A DNA stretch of 64,000 bases from Trueperaceae bacterium (GCA_965215565.1 CBDCDZ010000004.1:3520001-3584000); one strand, 5' to 3'. Shown: positions 49,738 through 58,790, numbered from the stretch's first letter. A program made the numbers and translations. Notes: generated by a model not told the origin, from the letters alone.

Positions 49738-49973
49738 GTTGTCCAGATCGTTCGCGGCGGCGGTGCCTCCTAAGTTGGATATAAGCCCAGTATAACCTAA
49801 AAATCTTCAGGTGAATATCAGGGGGAGGTGAGGAATACATGAAGAGGTCGTCAGGGTGACGGTCTTCGGTACAGGTTTGAACAGGAGCTTCCACGCTTGC
49901 ACATTAAGCTCGAGGCTTGATTTCAGTAACTGAGCGCAGTCTCGAGCACTTGAAACGTGAGACCGCTAAGATA

Positions 49974-50171
49974 TAGCAGGTATCATCTGGTCAGCTTGGG
50001 CGAAGCCATTCCCGGAGGGAAACTTCGTAAGCGAAGCAACGCTCTCACTAAAAAGAACATCGCCTAGCACGCACGTTCGGGGATGAAATCCCGCTATTGC
50101 TGCGCAATGAGATTTGCGGAGAAGCGTTGCTCCGCATAACTACGTTCAAGCAATGATAAGTGGAACTGCTA
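49974..50171 (+). mobile_element. Family A element with three micro-inserts
   Basis: TATAGCAGGTATCATCTGG...GTGGAACTGCTA; backbone closest to the 16710 copy. Confidence 0.8.
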
Positions 50172-50225
50172 ATAGTCGTGCCGGTCAAAGCGTTACCTCT
50201 AGCTCGCGGCACCCTCCAATAGATG

Positions 50226-50336
50226 TAGCACTTCCAAGATATACTGAGACGGAGTGACGCAGATATCATCTCCTAATGTGCGTGATAGACGGCGCTTTTC
50301 AAAGTGAGAGTGTCTCTGACCAGATGATACCTGCTA
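50226..50336 (-). mobile_element. Family A element, 111 bp
   Basis: TAGCACTTCC...CAGATGATACCTGCTA. Confidence 0.83.
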
Positions 50337-50376
50337 ATGGATACCACCGCGACTTAGCTGCGTCGCCCAACAGTAA

Positions 50377-50403
50377 AGACGGCTGCTTACGTGGCAGCCG
50401 TCT
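50377..50403 (-). terminator. Probable pdxS terminator
   Basis: AGACGGCTGC-7nt-GCAGCCGTCT perfect stem with a short T run on the minus strand. Confidence 0.55.
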
Positions 50404-50445
50404 CGAGTGACTCCTTCTGAATTGCTTCTAAGGGTAAATAGCGCG

Positions 50446-51336
50446 TTACCAACCCCTCGCCGCCAAAAGCTCCTCTTCTTTCAGGTCAGGAATATTAATC
50501 CCCACCATCGCCTCGCCCAAGTCGCGCGAGACTTCCGCCAAGATGTCGGGGTTGTCGTAGTGCGTCACCGCCTTGACGATGGCTTGTCCGCGCTTGACCG
50601 GATCGCCCGACTTGAAAATACCCGAGCCAACGAACACGCCGTCCACGCCGAGTTGCATCATCAAAGCGGCGTCGGCGGGCGTGGCGACGCCCCCAGCGGC
50701 GAAGTTCACAACAGGCAAGCTGCCGTTTTCGTGGATGTACACGACGAGTTCATAAGGTGCTTTGAGGTCTCTGGCGGTGGTCATCAACTCTTCGCGGGGC
50801 AGGTTCTGAATGCGGCGAATCTCGCCCATGATGGTGCGGGCGTGGCGCACCGCCTCGACGACGTTGCCCGTGCCCGCTTCACCCTTCGTGCGAATCATCG
50901 ACGCGCCCTCCCCGATGCGGCGAAGCGCTTCGCCCAAGTCTTTCGCACCGCACACAAAGGGCACGGTGAAAGCGTGCTTGTCGATGTGGAAGCTCTCGTC
51001 GGCGGGCGTCAACACTTCGGACTCGTCGATGAAGTCCGCGCCAAGCGCCTGCAAAATCTGCGCCTCGACGAAGTGCCCGATGCGCGCTTTCGCCATGACT
51101 GGAATCGAGACCGCCCCCAAAATTCCCTCGATCATGCTCGGGTCAGACATCCGCGCGACGCCGCCCTGGGCGCGGATGTCGGCAGGCACGCGCTCTAACG
51201 CCATCACCGCCGTCGCGCCCGCATCTTCGGCGATGCGCGCTTGCTCCGGGTCAATCACGTCCATGATGACGCCGCCCTTAAACATCTCGGCGAAGCCGGT
51301 TTTGATTCTCAGTGAGCCGATCATGGTTTCTGGCAT
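50446..51336 (-). CDS. pdxS: Pyridoxal 5'-phosphate synthase lyase subunit
   Basis: [41 protein letters not shown]. Confidence 0.97.
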   Translation of the reverse strand: MPETMIGSLRIKTGFAEMFKGGVIMDVIDPEQARIAEDAGATAVMALERVPADIRAQGGVARMSDPSMIEGILGAVSIPVMAKARIGHFVEAQILQALGADFIDESEVLTPADESFHIDKHAFTVPFVCGAKDLGEALRRIGEGASMIRTKGEAGTGNVVEAVRHARTIMGEIRRIQNLPREELMTTARDLKAPYELVVYIHENGSLPVVNFAAGGVATPADAALMMQLGVDGVFVGSGIFKSGDPVKRGQAIVKAVTHYDNPDILAEVSRDLGEAMVGINIPDLKEEELLAARGW

Positions 51337-51650
51337 GGTGTTCCTCCGCAGGGTTCTCTGGTTCTATAGTCTACATCGCTATGGAAAGCGTGTTCGGCTC
51401 TAAAAGGTTAGCCGTTGAGTAAAGACGTTTCATTATACTCCGCGAGGTTCCGCTTTGCAGGTATTCGAGGTCTCTTTTAGATTAGATTGGCGCTCTTTAG
51501 AGGTCTTTCGGGACTAGGTTGAACACATGCACGCACTTGAGCACCCTTTTCATCTCGAAATATAGTGTTACGCGCGTGCGCTACGTTTCCCTCGAGGTTC
51601 GCTGTGACGTTTTCGGCGTCCGAGCGGCGCGGCTCGTCTATGCTGTTCTC

Positions 51651-52013
51651 ATGCGACTTCACACTGACTACCTCTTGCGCATCCGTCAGAGCGTCCTGTT
51701 GAGAGCGAGGGTGCTGCGGCTCGAGCTGTACTTCCCCAAGCCGCGCAGGGGCACGGACCACCTGCTCATTGCGCTCAACGGCAGCAAAGAAAACGTCTTG
51801 AGAATCCCCAACTACCTCTTCGACACGTTCGAGAAAATCGACATCGAACTGATTCGCAGTGAGGAGACAGATGGCGTGTACCGCATCCTCCTGGCGGTCA
51901 CTAAAAAACTTGACGCGCAAGGTTCAACCCCTTCTGAAAAGCGGAGCAAGTTGCAGCGGCGCATGTGGCGCGAAGCTGACCTCGAAAAACCGACGCAGCG
52001 CCTTAATGTATAA
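51651..52013 (+). CDS. Hypothetical protein
   Basis: Host-like codon usage; ATG 51651 follows TATGCT. Confidence 0.6.
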   Translation: MRLHTDYLLRIRQSVLLRARVLRLELYFPKPRRGTDHLLIALNGSKENVLRIPNYLFDTFEKIDIELIRSEETDGVYRILLAVTKKLDAQGSTPSEKRSKLQRRMWREADLEKPTQRLNV

Positions 52014-52078
52014 CTAAATGTAAAGATGAAAATTTTTACAGAAGCCCGTCTCTGACGAGCTTTGTGTTAGGTTGGGTC

Positions 52079-52960
52079 ATGGCAAACATCAGTATTTTAG
52101 GCATCCCGATGGACCTCGGCGCGGGGCGGCGCGGCGTGGACATGGGGCCGAGCGCGATTCGCCTGGCGGGGCTCGAGGCGAGGCTGAAGCGTTTAGGCTA
52201 CAGCGTGCAGGATTTAGGCAACATCGAGGTTCCGGTTGCCGAAGCGCTGCAGAATAAAAATGGGCTGCACTACGCAGACCCCATCCGTGAGACGTGCGCC
52301 GCTGTCTACAGGGAGCTTCGCAGCGTATCGAAGGACAGTTTCCCCATCGCCTTGGGCGGCGATCACTCCGTGTCGATGGGTACGGTGGCAGGCGTCGCGC
52401 AACAGGGGCGCACGGGCGTCATCTGGATCGACGCCCACGCCGACCTCAACACGCCCGCGACGAGTCCGAGCGGCAACGTTCACGGGATGCCCTTAGCGCA
52501 CCTTTTAGGCTACGGCGACGAGAGGTTTTTAGACCTCTGGGGCGGCGGCGCTGCGCTGCGCCCCGAGGACGTCGTCTTCATCGGGCTGCGCAGTTTGGAC
52601 CCGGCGGAGCGCTCCCTCATTCGCGAGCATGGCATCAGGGCCTACACGATGAAAGAGATCGACGGGCGCGGCGTCGCGGAGGTCGCGGCGGAGGCGCTAG
52701 CGCATCTCCAAACGGAGCGGCTGCACGTCTCCTTTGACGCGGACGTGCTGGAGCCGAGCCTCGCGCCCGGCGTCGGCACGCCCGTCCCTGGCGGGCTCAC
52801 CTACCGCGAAGCGCACCTCTTGATGGAACTCTTGGCGGACGCCGAGCGGGTCACCAGCCTCGATTTGGTGGAAGTCAATCCGATTTTAGATGTGAAGAAC
52901 GAAACGGGGCGCATCATGGTGGAGATGGCGTCCAGCCTCTTGGGGCAGGCGATTCTTTAG
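52079..52960 (+). CDS. rocF: Arginase
   Basis: GVDMGP, GGDHS, DAHADLN, SGNVHGMP, SFDAD, VEVNP. Confidence 0.95.
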   Translation: MANISILGIPMDLGAGRRGVDMGPSAIRLAGLEARLKRLGYSVQDLGNIEVPVAEALQNKNGLHYADPIRETCAAVYRELRSVSKDSFPIALGGDHSVSMGTVAGVAQQGRTGVIWIDAHADLNTPATSPSGNVHGMPLAHLLGYGDERFLDLWGGGAALRPEDVVFIGLRSLDPAERSLIREHGIRAYTMKEIDGRGVAEVAAEALAHLQTERLHVSFDADVLEPSLAPGVGTPVPGGLTYREAHLLMELLADAERVTSLDLVEVNPILDVKNETGRIMVEMASSLLGQAIL

Positions 52961-52966
52961 GGAATC

Positions 52967-53917
52967 CTAAGCTTGGCGTAGCGGCACGCTGAAGCCAAAT
53001 TCGTTGCCGTTCTCTAGCGCTCTGCCCCACGCCTGCCCGCCCCAGCGCTGCGCAATCGAGCGGACGATGTAGAGCCCTAAGCCGGTGCCTCGCGCTTTGG
53101 CGGACCCCCTCGAGTGCGGCTCGAAGAGCGTCTCGGTGGTCTCTTGACCGAGCGGCGTCCCCTCGTCGCGCACGCGCACGTGCACCGCGCCGTCTCGCTG
53201 CGCGGCGCTCAGATAGACGACCGCGTTGTCGGGACCGTGGATAGCGGCGTTTTCCAAGAGGTTGATGAGCACCTGCAAGAGCTTGTCGGCGTCGGCTAAA
53301 ACAGTGAACGCGGGCACCTCAAGCTCGACCTTCACACGGTGCTCCTTGAAGGTGTCGCGCAGCAGCGACAGCGCCTTAATGGTGACTTCGTAGAGGTCCA
53401 GCGAGCGCAGCTTAGGCGGCTTAACGTCCACCGTAAGGTCGCCAAGAAGCCGCACCAAGCGTTCGGTTTCGCCCTCCGCGCGCTCTAAAAAGCGGGTGCG
53501 CTGCGCGTCGTCCATCTCGAAGTGGAGCGCCTCTAGCGTCGAGCGAATTGTGGTGACGGGCGTGCGCAGTTCGTGAGACAAGACCGCTAGGAGTTCGCGG
53601 GCGTTCTCCTGGGCGCGGCGCATCTCCGAGAGGTCATGAAGCGTTAGCACGCCGGGCGTCGCGCTAGCCCGCAGGACACGCCCCCGCGTGGTCAACTCCA
53701 ACTCGCCCTGCTCCAAAAAGACGCGCTCGAGCCTGTGGTCACGCACCACCCCGATGAGTGGCAGCCCCACCGCGTAATTCGGCGCGACCTCTAAAAACGT
53801 CGCCGCCGCCCGGTTGAGGTAGCGCACCCGCCCCGCTTCGATGAACAAAACCCCTTCAGCGAGGCTGTCTAACCAGTCCGCTCGGGGGGGCGCAGCCAAG
53901 AGGACGCTCGCGCTCAG
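52967..53917 (-). CDS. phoR: PhoR-like histidine kinase lacking TM segments (start uncertain)
   Basis: PAS-like DSLAEGV..YLN, SHELRTP, NLLENA, GTGLGL; follows a phoB-like gene and lies next to phoU. Confidence 0.75.
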   Translation of the reverse strand: MSASVLLAAPPRADWLDSLAEGVLFIEAGRVRYLNRAAATFLEVAPNYAVGLPLIGVVRDHRLERVFLEQGELELTTRGRVLRASATPGVLTLHDLSEMRRAQENARELLAVLSHELRTPVTTIRSTLEALHFEMDDAQRTRFLERAEGETERLVRLLGDLTVDVKPPKLRSLDLYEVTIKALSLLRDTFKEHRVKVELEVPAFTVLADADKLLQVLINLLENAAIHGPDNAVVYLSAAQRDGAVHVRVRDEGTPLGQETTETLFEPHSRGSAKARGTGLGLYIVRSIAQRWGGQAWGRALENGNEFGFSVPLRQA

Positions 53918-54579
53918 AAAGACCCCGCCAGACGGTAGCCGCGCCCGCGCACCGTCTCGATGAGGTCCGCGCCGACGAGCGAGCGGAGCTGCGCGACGTG
54001 CTGGTCTACAGTGCGCTCGGTGCCCAAAAAGTCCTCGCCCCACACGCGGTCTAAGAGTTCGGTGCGCGAAAAGACGCGCCCCGGATGCGCACTTAAAAAG
54101 GCGATGAGTTCGAACTCGCGCCGCGTCAACTCCAGGCGCTCGCCGCCGTAGTGGACCGTGCCTTGCCGCTCGTCCACCTCCAAGCTGCCGACTTGATGTT
54201 TGCGGTTAGGTTCGGTGCGGCGCAGAAGTGCCCGGAGCCGCGCCACGAGTTCGGCCGCCGAGAAGGGCTTGGCGAGGTAGTCGTCCGCGCCCGCATTCAG
54301 CCCGGCGACCTTGTCCGCTTCGCTCGCCCTGGCGGTCAGCATCAAGACGGGGAGGTGCTTGCCTCCAGCGCTCGAGCGCAGCCGCTGCAACCACGTCACC
54401 CCCGACTCGTCGGGCAGCATCCAGTCGAGCACCACCAAGTCCGCCCCGTTGAGTTGCTCCCACGCCGCCTCCGCCGTCGCCGCCTCGGAGACCTTAAAGC
54501 CCGCTTGCGCGAGGTGAAACGCGAGCAGTTCGCGCACCGCGTCCTCATCCTCCACCAGGAGAATCTGAGCGCTCGTCAC
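53914..54579 (-). CDS. phoB: PhoB-like response regulator
   Basis: LDWMLPDESG, MLTAR, GADDYLAKPFS, RTVDQH, TVRGRGY; divergent from phoU. Confidence 0.8.
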   Translation of the reverse strand: MTSAQILLVEDEDAVRELLAFHLAQAGFKVSEAATAEAAWEQLNGADLVVLDWMLPDESGVTWLQRLRSSAGGKHLPVLMLTARASEADKVAGLNAGADDYLAKPFSAAELVARLRALLRRTEPNRKHQVGSLEVDERQGTVHYGGERLELTRREFELIAFLSAHPGRVFSRTELLDRVWGEDFLGTERTVDQHVAQLRSLVGADLIETVRGRGYRLAGSF

Positions 54580-54634
54580 CTTGTGAGCCCTTTTGTTGGC
54601 CAGAGTAGCATAGACCTATTCTAACGCCAGGGAG

Positions 54635-54660
54635 GTCACGGCGAAGTCATGGGAAGGTCA
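54635..54660 (-). promoter_or_regulatory. Candidate Pho box of phoB
   Basis: GTCA at 54635, 54646 and 54657 (11-bp period); TAGAAT follows on the minus strand. Confidence 0.6.
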
Positions 54661-54843
54661 GGGCTACGCTCTGTCAACTCGGGTTAATTCCTATAAGAAT
54701 TAACCGAAAACGGTATAAGGCGTTTCCAACACCTTTTCTTTTCTCGAGCATTCTAGCGCGCCGTTCAGTTACGCTCAGCAATTTGAAAAGTACCCTGTAT
54801 AAGAAGAGTACGTCCCTTCAGAACGGCTTTCTTGGTCCTGCCC

Positions 54844-54874
54844 TGACACCCCACTGACATCTTCACGCCATACT
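54844..54874 (+). promoter_or_regulatory. Candidate Pho box and -10 of phoU
   Basis: CTGACA twice (TGAC at 54844 and 54855), then CATACT 7 nt before ATG. Confidence 0.55.
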
Positions 54875-54881
54875 TGTGAGC

Positions 54882-55538
54882 ATGTTACGCTCTGAGACCA
54901 TGAACGCACTCGACCAGAACCTCCAGGAGATAGGCGCGTCTATCGTGCGTATGCTCTCGTTCGTGCGCGAATCGTGCGAGCTGGCGGAGCGCGCGCTGCT
55001 CCACGCCGACGTGGGCGCAGCCGAACGCTGCGCCGAAAACGACGTGCTCATCGACGAGTTGCAAGAGGAGTTGGAGCAGCGCATCCTCACCGTCATCGCC
55101 CGCCGGCAACCCGCCGCGACGGACCTGCGCTTTTTGGGCGCGATCCACCGCTCTTTAGCCGACATCGAACGCGCGGGTGACTACGCCGAGCACGTCGCGC
55201 GCGCAGGCGCGGAGCTAGCTGACGCGCCGCCCCTCAAGAAGTACACCGACATCGAGCGCATCTTTGAAATTTTAGAGGAGATGATCGAGAAAACGAGCAA
55301 AGCCATCGCCGAATCCGACGTGGCTGTGGCGAGAGAAGCCTGGGCGATGGACGAAGAGATCGACGACCTCTACGAGCAGATTCAGCGCGAGCTTTTGACC
55401 TACATGATGGAAAACCCCAAAGCGATCACGCGGGCGCTGAAGCTGCTCGAGGTCGGGCGCTATCTAGAGCGCTTCGGTGACCATTTGGAAAACGCCAACG
55501 AGCACGTGATTTTTTGGCTGACAGGGGAGAGGATTTAG
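54882..55538 (+). CDS. phoU: Phosphate signalling protein PhoU
   Basis: IARRQPAATDLR, DIERAGDYA, DEEIDDLY, YLERFGDH. Confidence 0.95.
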   Translation: MLRSETMNALDQNLQEIGASIVRMLSFVRESCELAERALLHADVGAAERCAENDVLIDELQEELEQRILTVIARRQPAATDLRFLGAIHRSLADIERAGDYAEHVARAGAELADAPPLKKYTDIERIFEILEEMIEKTSKAIAESDVAVAREAWAMDEEIDDLYEQIQRELLTYMMENPKAITRALKLLEVGRYLERFGDHLENANEHVIFWLTGERI

Positions 55539-55557
55539 CGCTGAGCAAGTTTAACTA

Positions 55558-55733
55558 TAGCAAGTATCATTTGGTTTGAGACGCTCTCACGATGTGGAAC
55601 ACCATGCAGCACGCACATTTGAGAATGAAATCCCGCTCTCAGGCGAAGCCGTCCCGCTAGGCTTTGCCTGAGAGCGGGATGGCTACGGCTGAGACTTGCG
55701 CTATTCCAATCAGTACTTATGTTAACTGCTGTA
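55558..55733 (+). mobile_element. Family A element with a 65-nt compound hairpin insert
   Basis: TATAGCAAGTATCATTTGG...; insert 55629-55693; ends ...TTAACTGCTGTA. Confidence 0.8.
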
Positions 55734-55884
55734 AAGCCTGGGTCTTCAGAGTAAAGCAGGACTGAGGTCAAAGGACTTAGGACTGAGAAAGGCTACTTTT
55801 CTCAGTCCTTTCCTCTTTTCCCTTGCTTTCTCTGTCGCCCCCTTAGCCCTAAATTCACCGACCAACCGCTACCATAAGTAGCTT

Positions 55885-57231
55885 ATGGCGCTTCCCCCTC
55901 TTCACGACACCATCACCGCGATTGCGACGGCTCCAGGCGTCGGCGCAGTCGGTATCGTGCGGCTCTCGGGACCGGACAGTTACCGGATTGCCGACTATCT
56001 CTTTCAGCCTAAGGGGAAAAAGCGCGTTTGCGCTTTAGAGGCGGGGCGCGTCGTCTACGGGCAAGTTCGTCGCGGCGGTGAACTCGTAGACGAGTCGCTC
56101 CTCCTGACCTTTCGCGCGCCGCACTCGTATACAGGGCAAGATGTTATCGAGCTACAAACCCACGGCGGACCCGCCGTTTTGCGCACCGTTCTAGACCTCT
56201 GCGTGGCGCGCGGTGCACGTCTCGCTCAGCCCGGTGAATTCACCCTGCGGGCGTACCTAAACGGACGCCTCGACCTCGTGCAAGCCGAAGCGGTCTTAGA
56301 CCTCGTCAACGCGCAGTCCGACAGCGCGCGGCGGAGCGCGGCGCTAGGTCTTAGCAGAGCTTTAAGCGAACAACTTGACCTCATTCAAAGCGATATTACG
56401 CAGGTCTACGGCAACATCCAGGCGGTGTTCGACTATCCCGAAGAGGGCGTGCCGGAGTCGGCGTTCGCAGAACCTCTCAGGCGAGCCGTCACGCGCATCG
56501 ACAAACTTTTAGCCACGGCGAAGGCGGGTAGGGTCTCGCAGCGCGGCGCGAAGCTCGCGCTCATCGGCAGACCAAACGCGGGCAAGTCGAGCCTCCTAAA
56601 CGCGCTTTTGGGCTATCAGCGCTCCATCGTCAGCGACATTCCAGGGACCACGCGGGACTACCTCGAGGCTCCTTTGACCATCGGCGGTGTGCCCGTCACC
56701 GCTATCGACACCGCCGGGATTCGCCGCACGGACGACCTCATCGAAGCGTCGGGCGTGGTGGCGGCGAAAGACATCGCGGCGAACGCGGACTTAACGCTGC
56801 TGCTGCTCGACTCGAGCCAACCCTTGACCGGAGAGGACAGCGCGTTGGTCAGCGAACTAGAGCCTACCCGCACGCTCATCGTTTTGAGCAAGACCGACTT
56901 GCCTCACGCCCAGAACCAAACAAACCTGGATGCCGCGTTCTTCCCGGTCTCCGCCGTGACGGGCGCAGGCTTGGACGCGCTCAAAAATGCGGTTCGCGAC
57001 ACGCTCATCGGTGACGCCGGGAGCAGCGAACTGTGGCTCACCAGCGAGCGGCACGCGCAAGCTTTAGCGGAGACAAAAGACCTCTTGGAACGCGCCCAAG
57101 CTGCGCCGGACGACCTCGCCGCGTTGGACCTAGAGGAGGCGCTGCGCACGCTCGCGGAAATCACCGGGCGCGGCGAGATCGCTGAGGAGACCTTAGAGCA
57201 CATTTTTAGAAACTTCTGCGTAGGAAAGTAG
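55885..57231 (+). CDS. mnmE: tRNA modification GTPase MnmE
   Basis: DTITAIAT, GEFTLRAYLNG, GRPNAGKSS, GTTRD, DTAG, FCVGK. Confidence 0.97.
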   Translation: MALPPLHDTITAIATAPGVGAVGIVRLSGPDSYRIADYLFQPKGKKRVCALEAGRVVYGQVRRGGELVDESLLLTFRAPHSYTGQDVIELQTHGGPAVLRTVLDLCVARGARLAQPGEFTLRAYLNGRLDLVQAEAVLDLVNAQSDSARRSAALGLSRALSEQLDLIQSDITQVYGNIQAVFDYPEEGVPESAFAEPLRRAVTRIDKLLATAKAGRVSQRGAKLALIGRPNAGKSSLLNALLGYQRSIVSDIPGTTRDYLEAPLTIGGVPVTAIDTAGIRRTDDLIEASGVVAAKDIAANADLTLLLLDSSQPLTGEDSALVSELEPTRTLIVLSKTDLPHAQNQTNLDAAFFPVSAVTGAGLDALKNAVRDTLIGDAGSSELWLTSERHAQALAETKDLLERAQAAPDDLAALDLEEALRTLAEITGRGEIAEETLEHIFRNFCVGK

Positions 57232-57281
57232 TAAAGGATGGGTTACAGGCAATGAGTGAAGGGGTGAGACTCTTCAAGCTG

Positions 57282-57803
57282 TCACGCTCTTCGCAGACCT
57301 CTCCGCGGAACAAGGAAAGCTTGAAGAGCGAGGTAGATACCGAGAAGGAAGAAGAAATAGCCAACGCTGAAGACGTCGTAGCGAGGTGTAACCGGAGTAG
57401 GAATATTAAAACCGCTGTAAACAATCGTTGCTAATCCGTAGCTGAGATAAATAACGGCTACATAAGCGAAGTTACTGAGCACGACTTCCCAGAGTTGGAG
57501 CGTTCTTGATACCCGGCTGCAAATCAAGCTAATCACTGCCACGAAATAGTGAATAACAAGGAAGCCTAGGGCGAAATACCCCGAGCCTGAGCCGTCGAAA
57601 AAGTCATTCACCTCACGCGGCAGCGTGCCGACAGCCGGAATACCGCGCTCATCGTATTCCCAAGGAGCCATCAGGATTTCAGAGCCGAGATTGAGGTAGA
57701 AAAAAAGAACGCGCCAGGACAGAAGTAATGCTAGAACACCGAGAGGTACGAGGACGATCTTAGCCGGAAGCGGGATAGTTCTCTCTGTATCGGCTGTCAT
57801 CAT
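57282..57803 (-). CDS. Hypothetical membrane protein
   Basis: Four TM segments; overlaps the upstream GNAT stop. Confidence 0.65.
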   Translation of the reverse strand: MMTADTERTIPLPAKIVLVPLGVLALLLSWRVLFFYLNLGSEILMAPWEYDERGIPAVGTLPREVNDFFDGSGSGYFALGFLVIHYFVAVISLICSRVSRTLQLWEVVLSNFAYVAVIYLSYGLATIVYSGFNIPTPVTPRYDVFSVGYFFFLLGIYLALQAFLVPRRGLRRA

Positions 57804-58723
57804 TTAGGCATCAAGGATAAAGCGTAGCCAAGCTCGTGTTCGTCGAGCGTGAATCCCAAACTTTCGTAAGCCGCGAGCGCTATGTTGGGTTCGCCCCACG
57901 ACTCGAGCGTCACGTGCCTATGACCTCTTTCATAGAGCCAGCGTAGCGCCTCGAGAGAGAGGTTGCGGTAGTTGTCCTCGCTGCGATGCTCCGGCGCGAT
58001 GCCCGGCGCGTCAACTTCACCTGAGAATGCGCCGTCGCTGCCGAGGTCTATCTCGTTCGCTTTGCAGATACCGACTATCTCTTCACCTGAAAATAGGAGG
58101 AAGATGCCTTCGGGTGCGTACATGTCCAACGCCGCCGCAGTCGTTTCCTCCGTAGGCGTGGTGTGTCCCCACAAATCGCCCCAACCTCTGCTGCTCGCCT
58201 CGGTATAGATATAAGGTTGGTCCACCTGCGCGTAAGTCAAGACGTTTAACTTCGACCACCTCGGCGCTTCGGGTACTTTCGTGAGGGTTACGCTCATCTT
58301 GCGATACCCACTCACAGCTACAAAACCGTTCTCTGTAAAGAACGCTCGAGCAGTATCGTCGCTAGGTTGCGCGTAAGCTAGCAGTGCCGTCACGCCGAAA
58401 CCTCTCGCTTGTTGCCGGGCGCGTTTGAGAAGCTGCTCACCTACCCCTTGACCTCGCCACTTAGGGTGAACGCCGACGGTTAGAGGGGCGTGAGGCGTCG
58501 CCGGTATCTTCCAAAGGTCCGCGAACCCAATGATAGCGCCGTCTACTTCTGCAACGGTGCAGTGTGTAGAAATGCCAGCCTCGCGCAACGCCTCCGCCTG
58601 TTCTCGCTGCGCCGCTTCTGTAAAGTCTTGTGGCTCTCCCTTATGTGCAGCAATACTGTTCAAACAAGTTACGTAAGAGGTTGAATCTTTTTTGGGATTA
58701 AAAGGACGAAAGGTTGGCGTCAT
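57800..58723 (-). CDS. Tandem GNAT acetyltransferase
   Basis: VHPKWRGQGVG; second domain GIAPEHR...YESLGF. Confidence 0.85.
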   Translation of the reverse strand: MTPTFRPFNPKKDSTSYVTCLNSIAAHKGEPQDFTEAAQREQAEALREAGISTHCTVAEVDGAIIGFADLWKIPATPHAPLTVGVHPKWRGQGVGEQLLKRARQQARGFGVTALLAYAQPSDDTARAFFTENGFVAVSGYRKMSVTLTKVPEAPRWSKLNVLTYAQVDQPYIYTEASSRGWGDLWGHTTPTEETTAAALDMYAPEGIFLLFSGEEIVGICKANEIDLGSDGAFSGEVDAPGIAPEHRSEDNYRNLSLEALRWLYERGHRHVTLESWGEPNIALAAYESLGFTLDEHELGYALSLMPK

Positions 58724-58759
58724 GCTAGTTACTTTAGCGTTTTATCAGCAGTACTTGCA

Positions 58760-58790
58760 CCCGTCCAGCGGCGAGTGCTCCGCCCCCTGA
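58760..58790. repeat. 31-bp direct repeat, left copy
   Basis: CCCGTCCAGCGGCGAGTGCTCCGCCCCCTGA. Confidence 0.88.

Noticed and set aside
50407..51403. Long antisense ORFs over pdxS, and similar ones over treYZ, the kinases and peptidases
   Set aside because: Shadow frames expected from GC-rich codon bias opposite well-supported genes.
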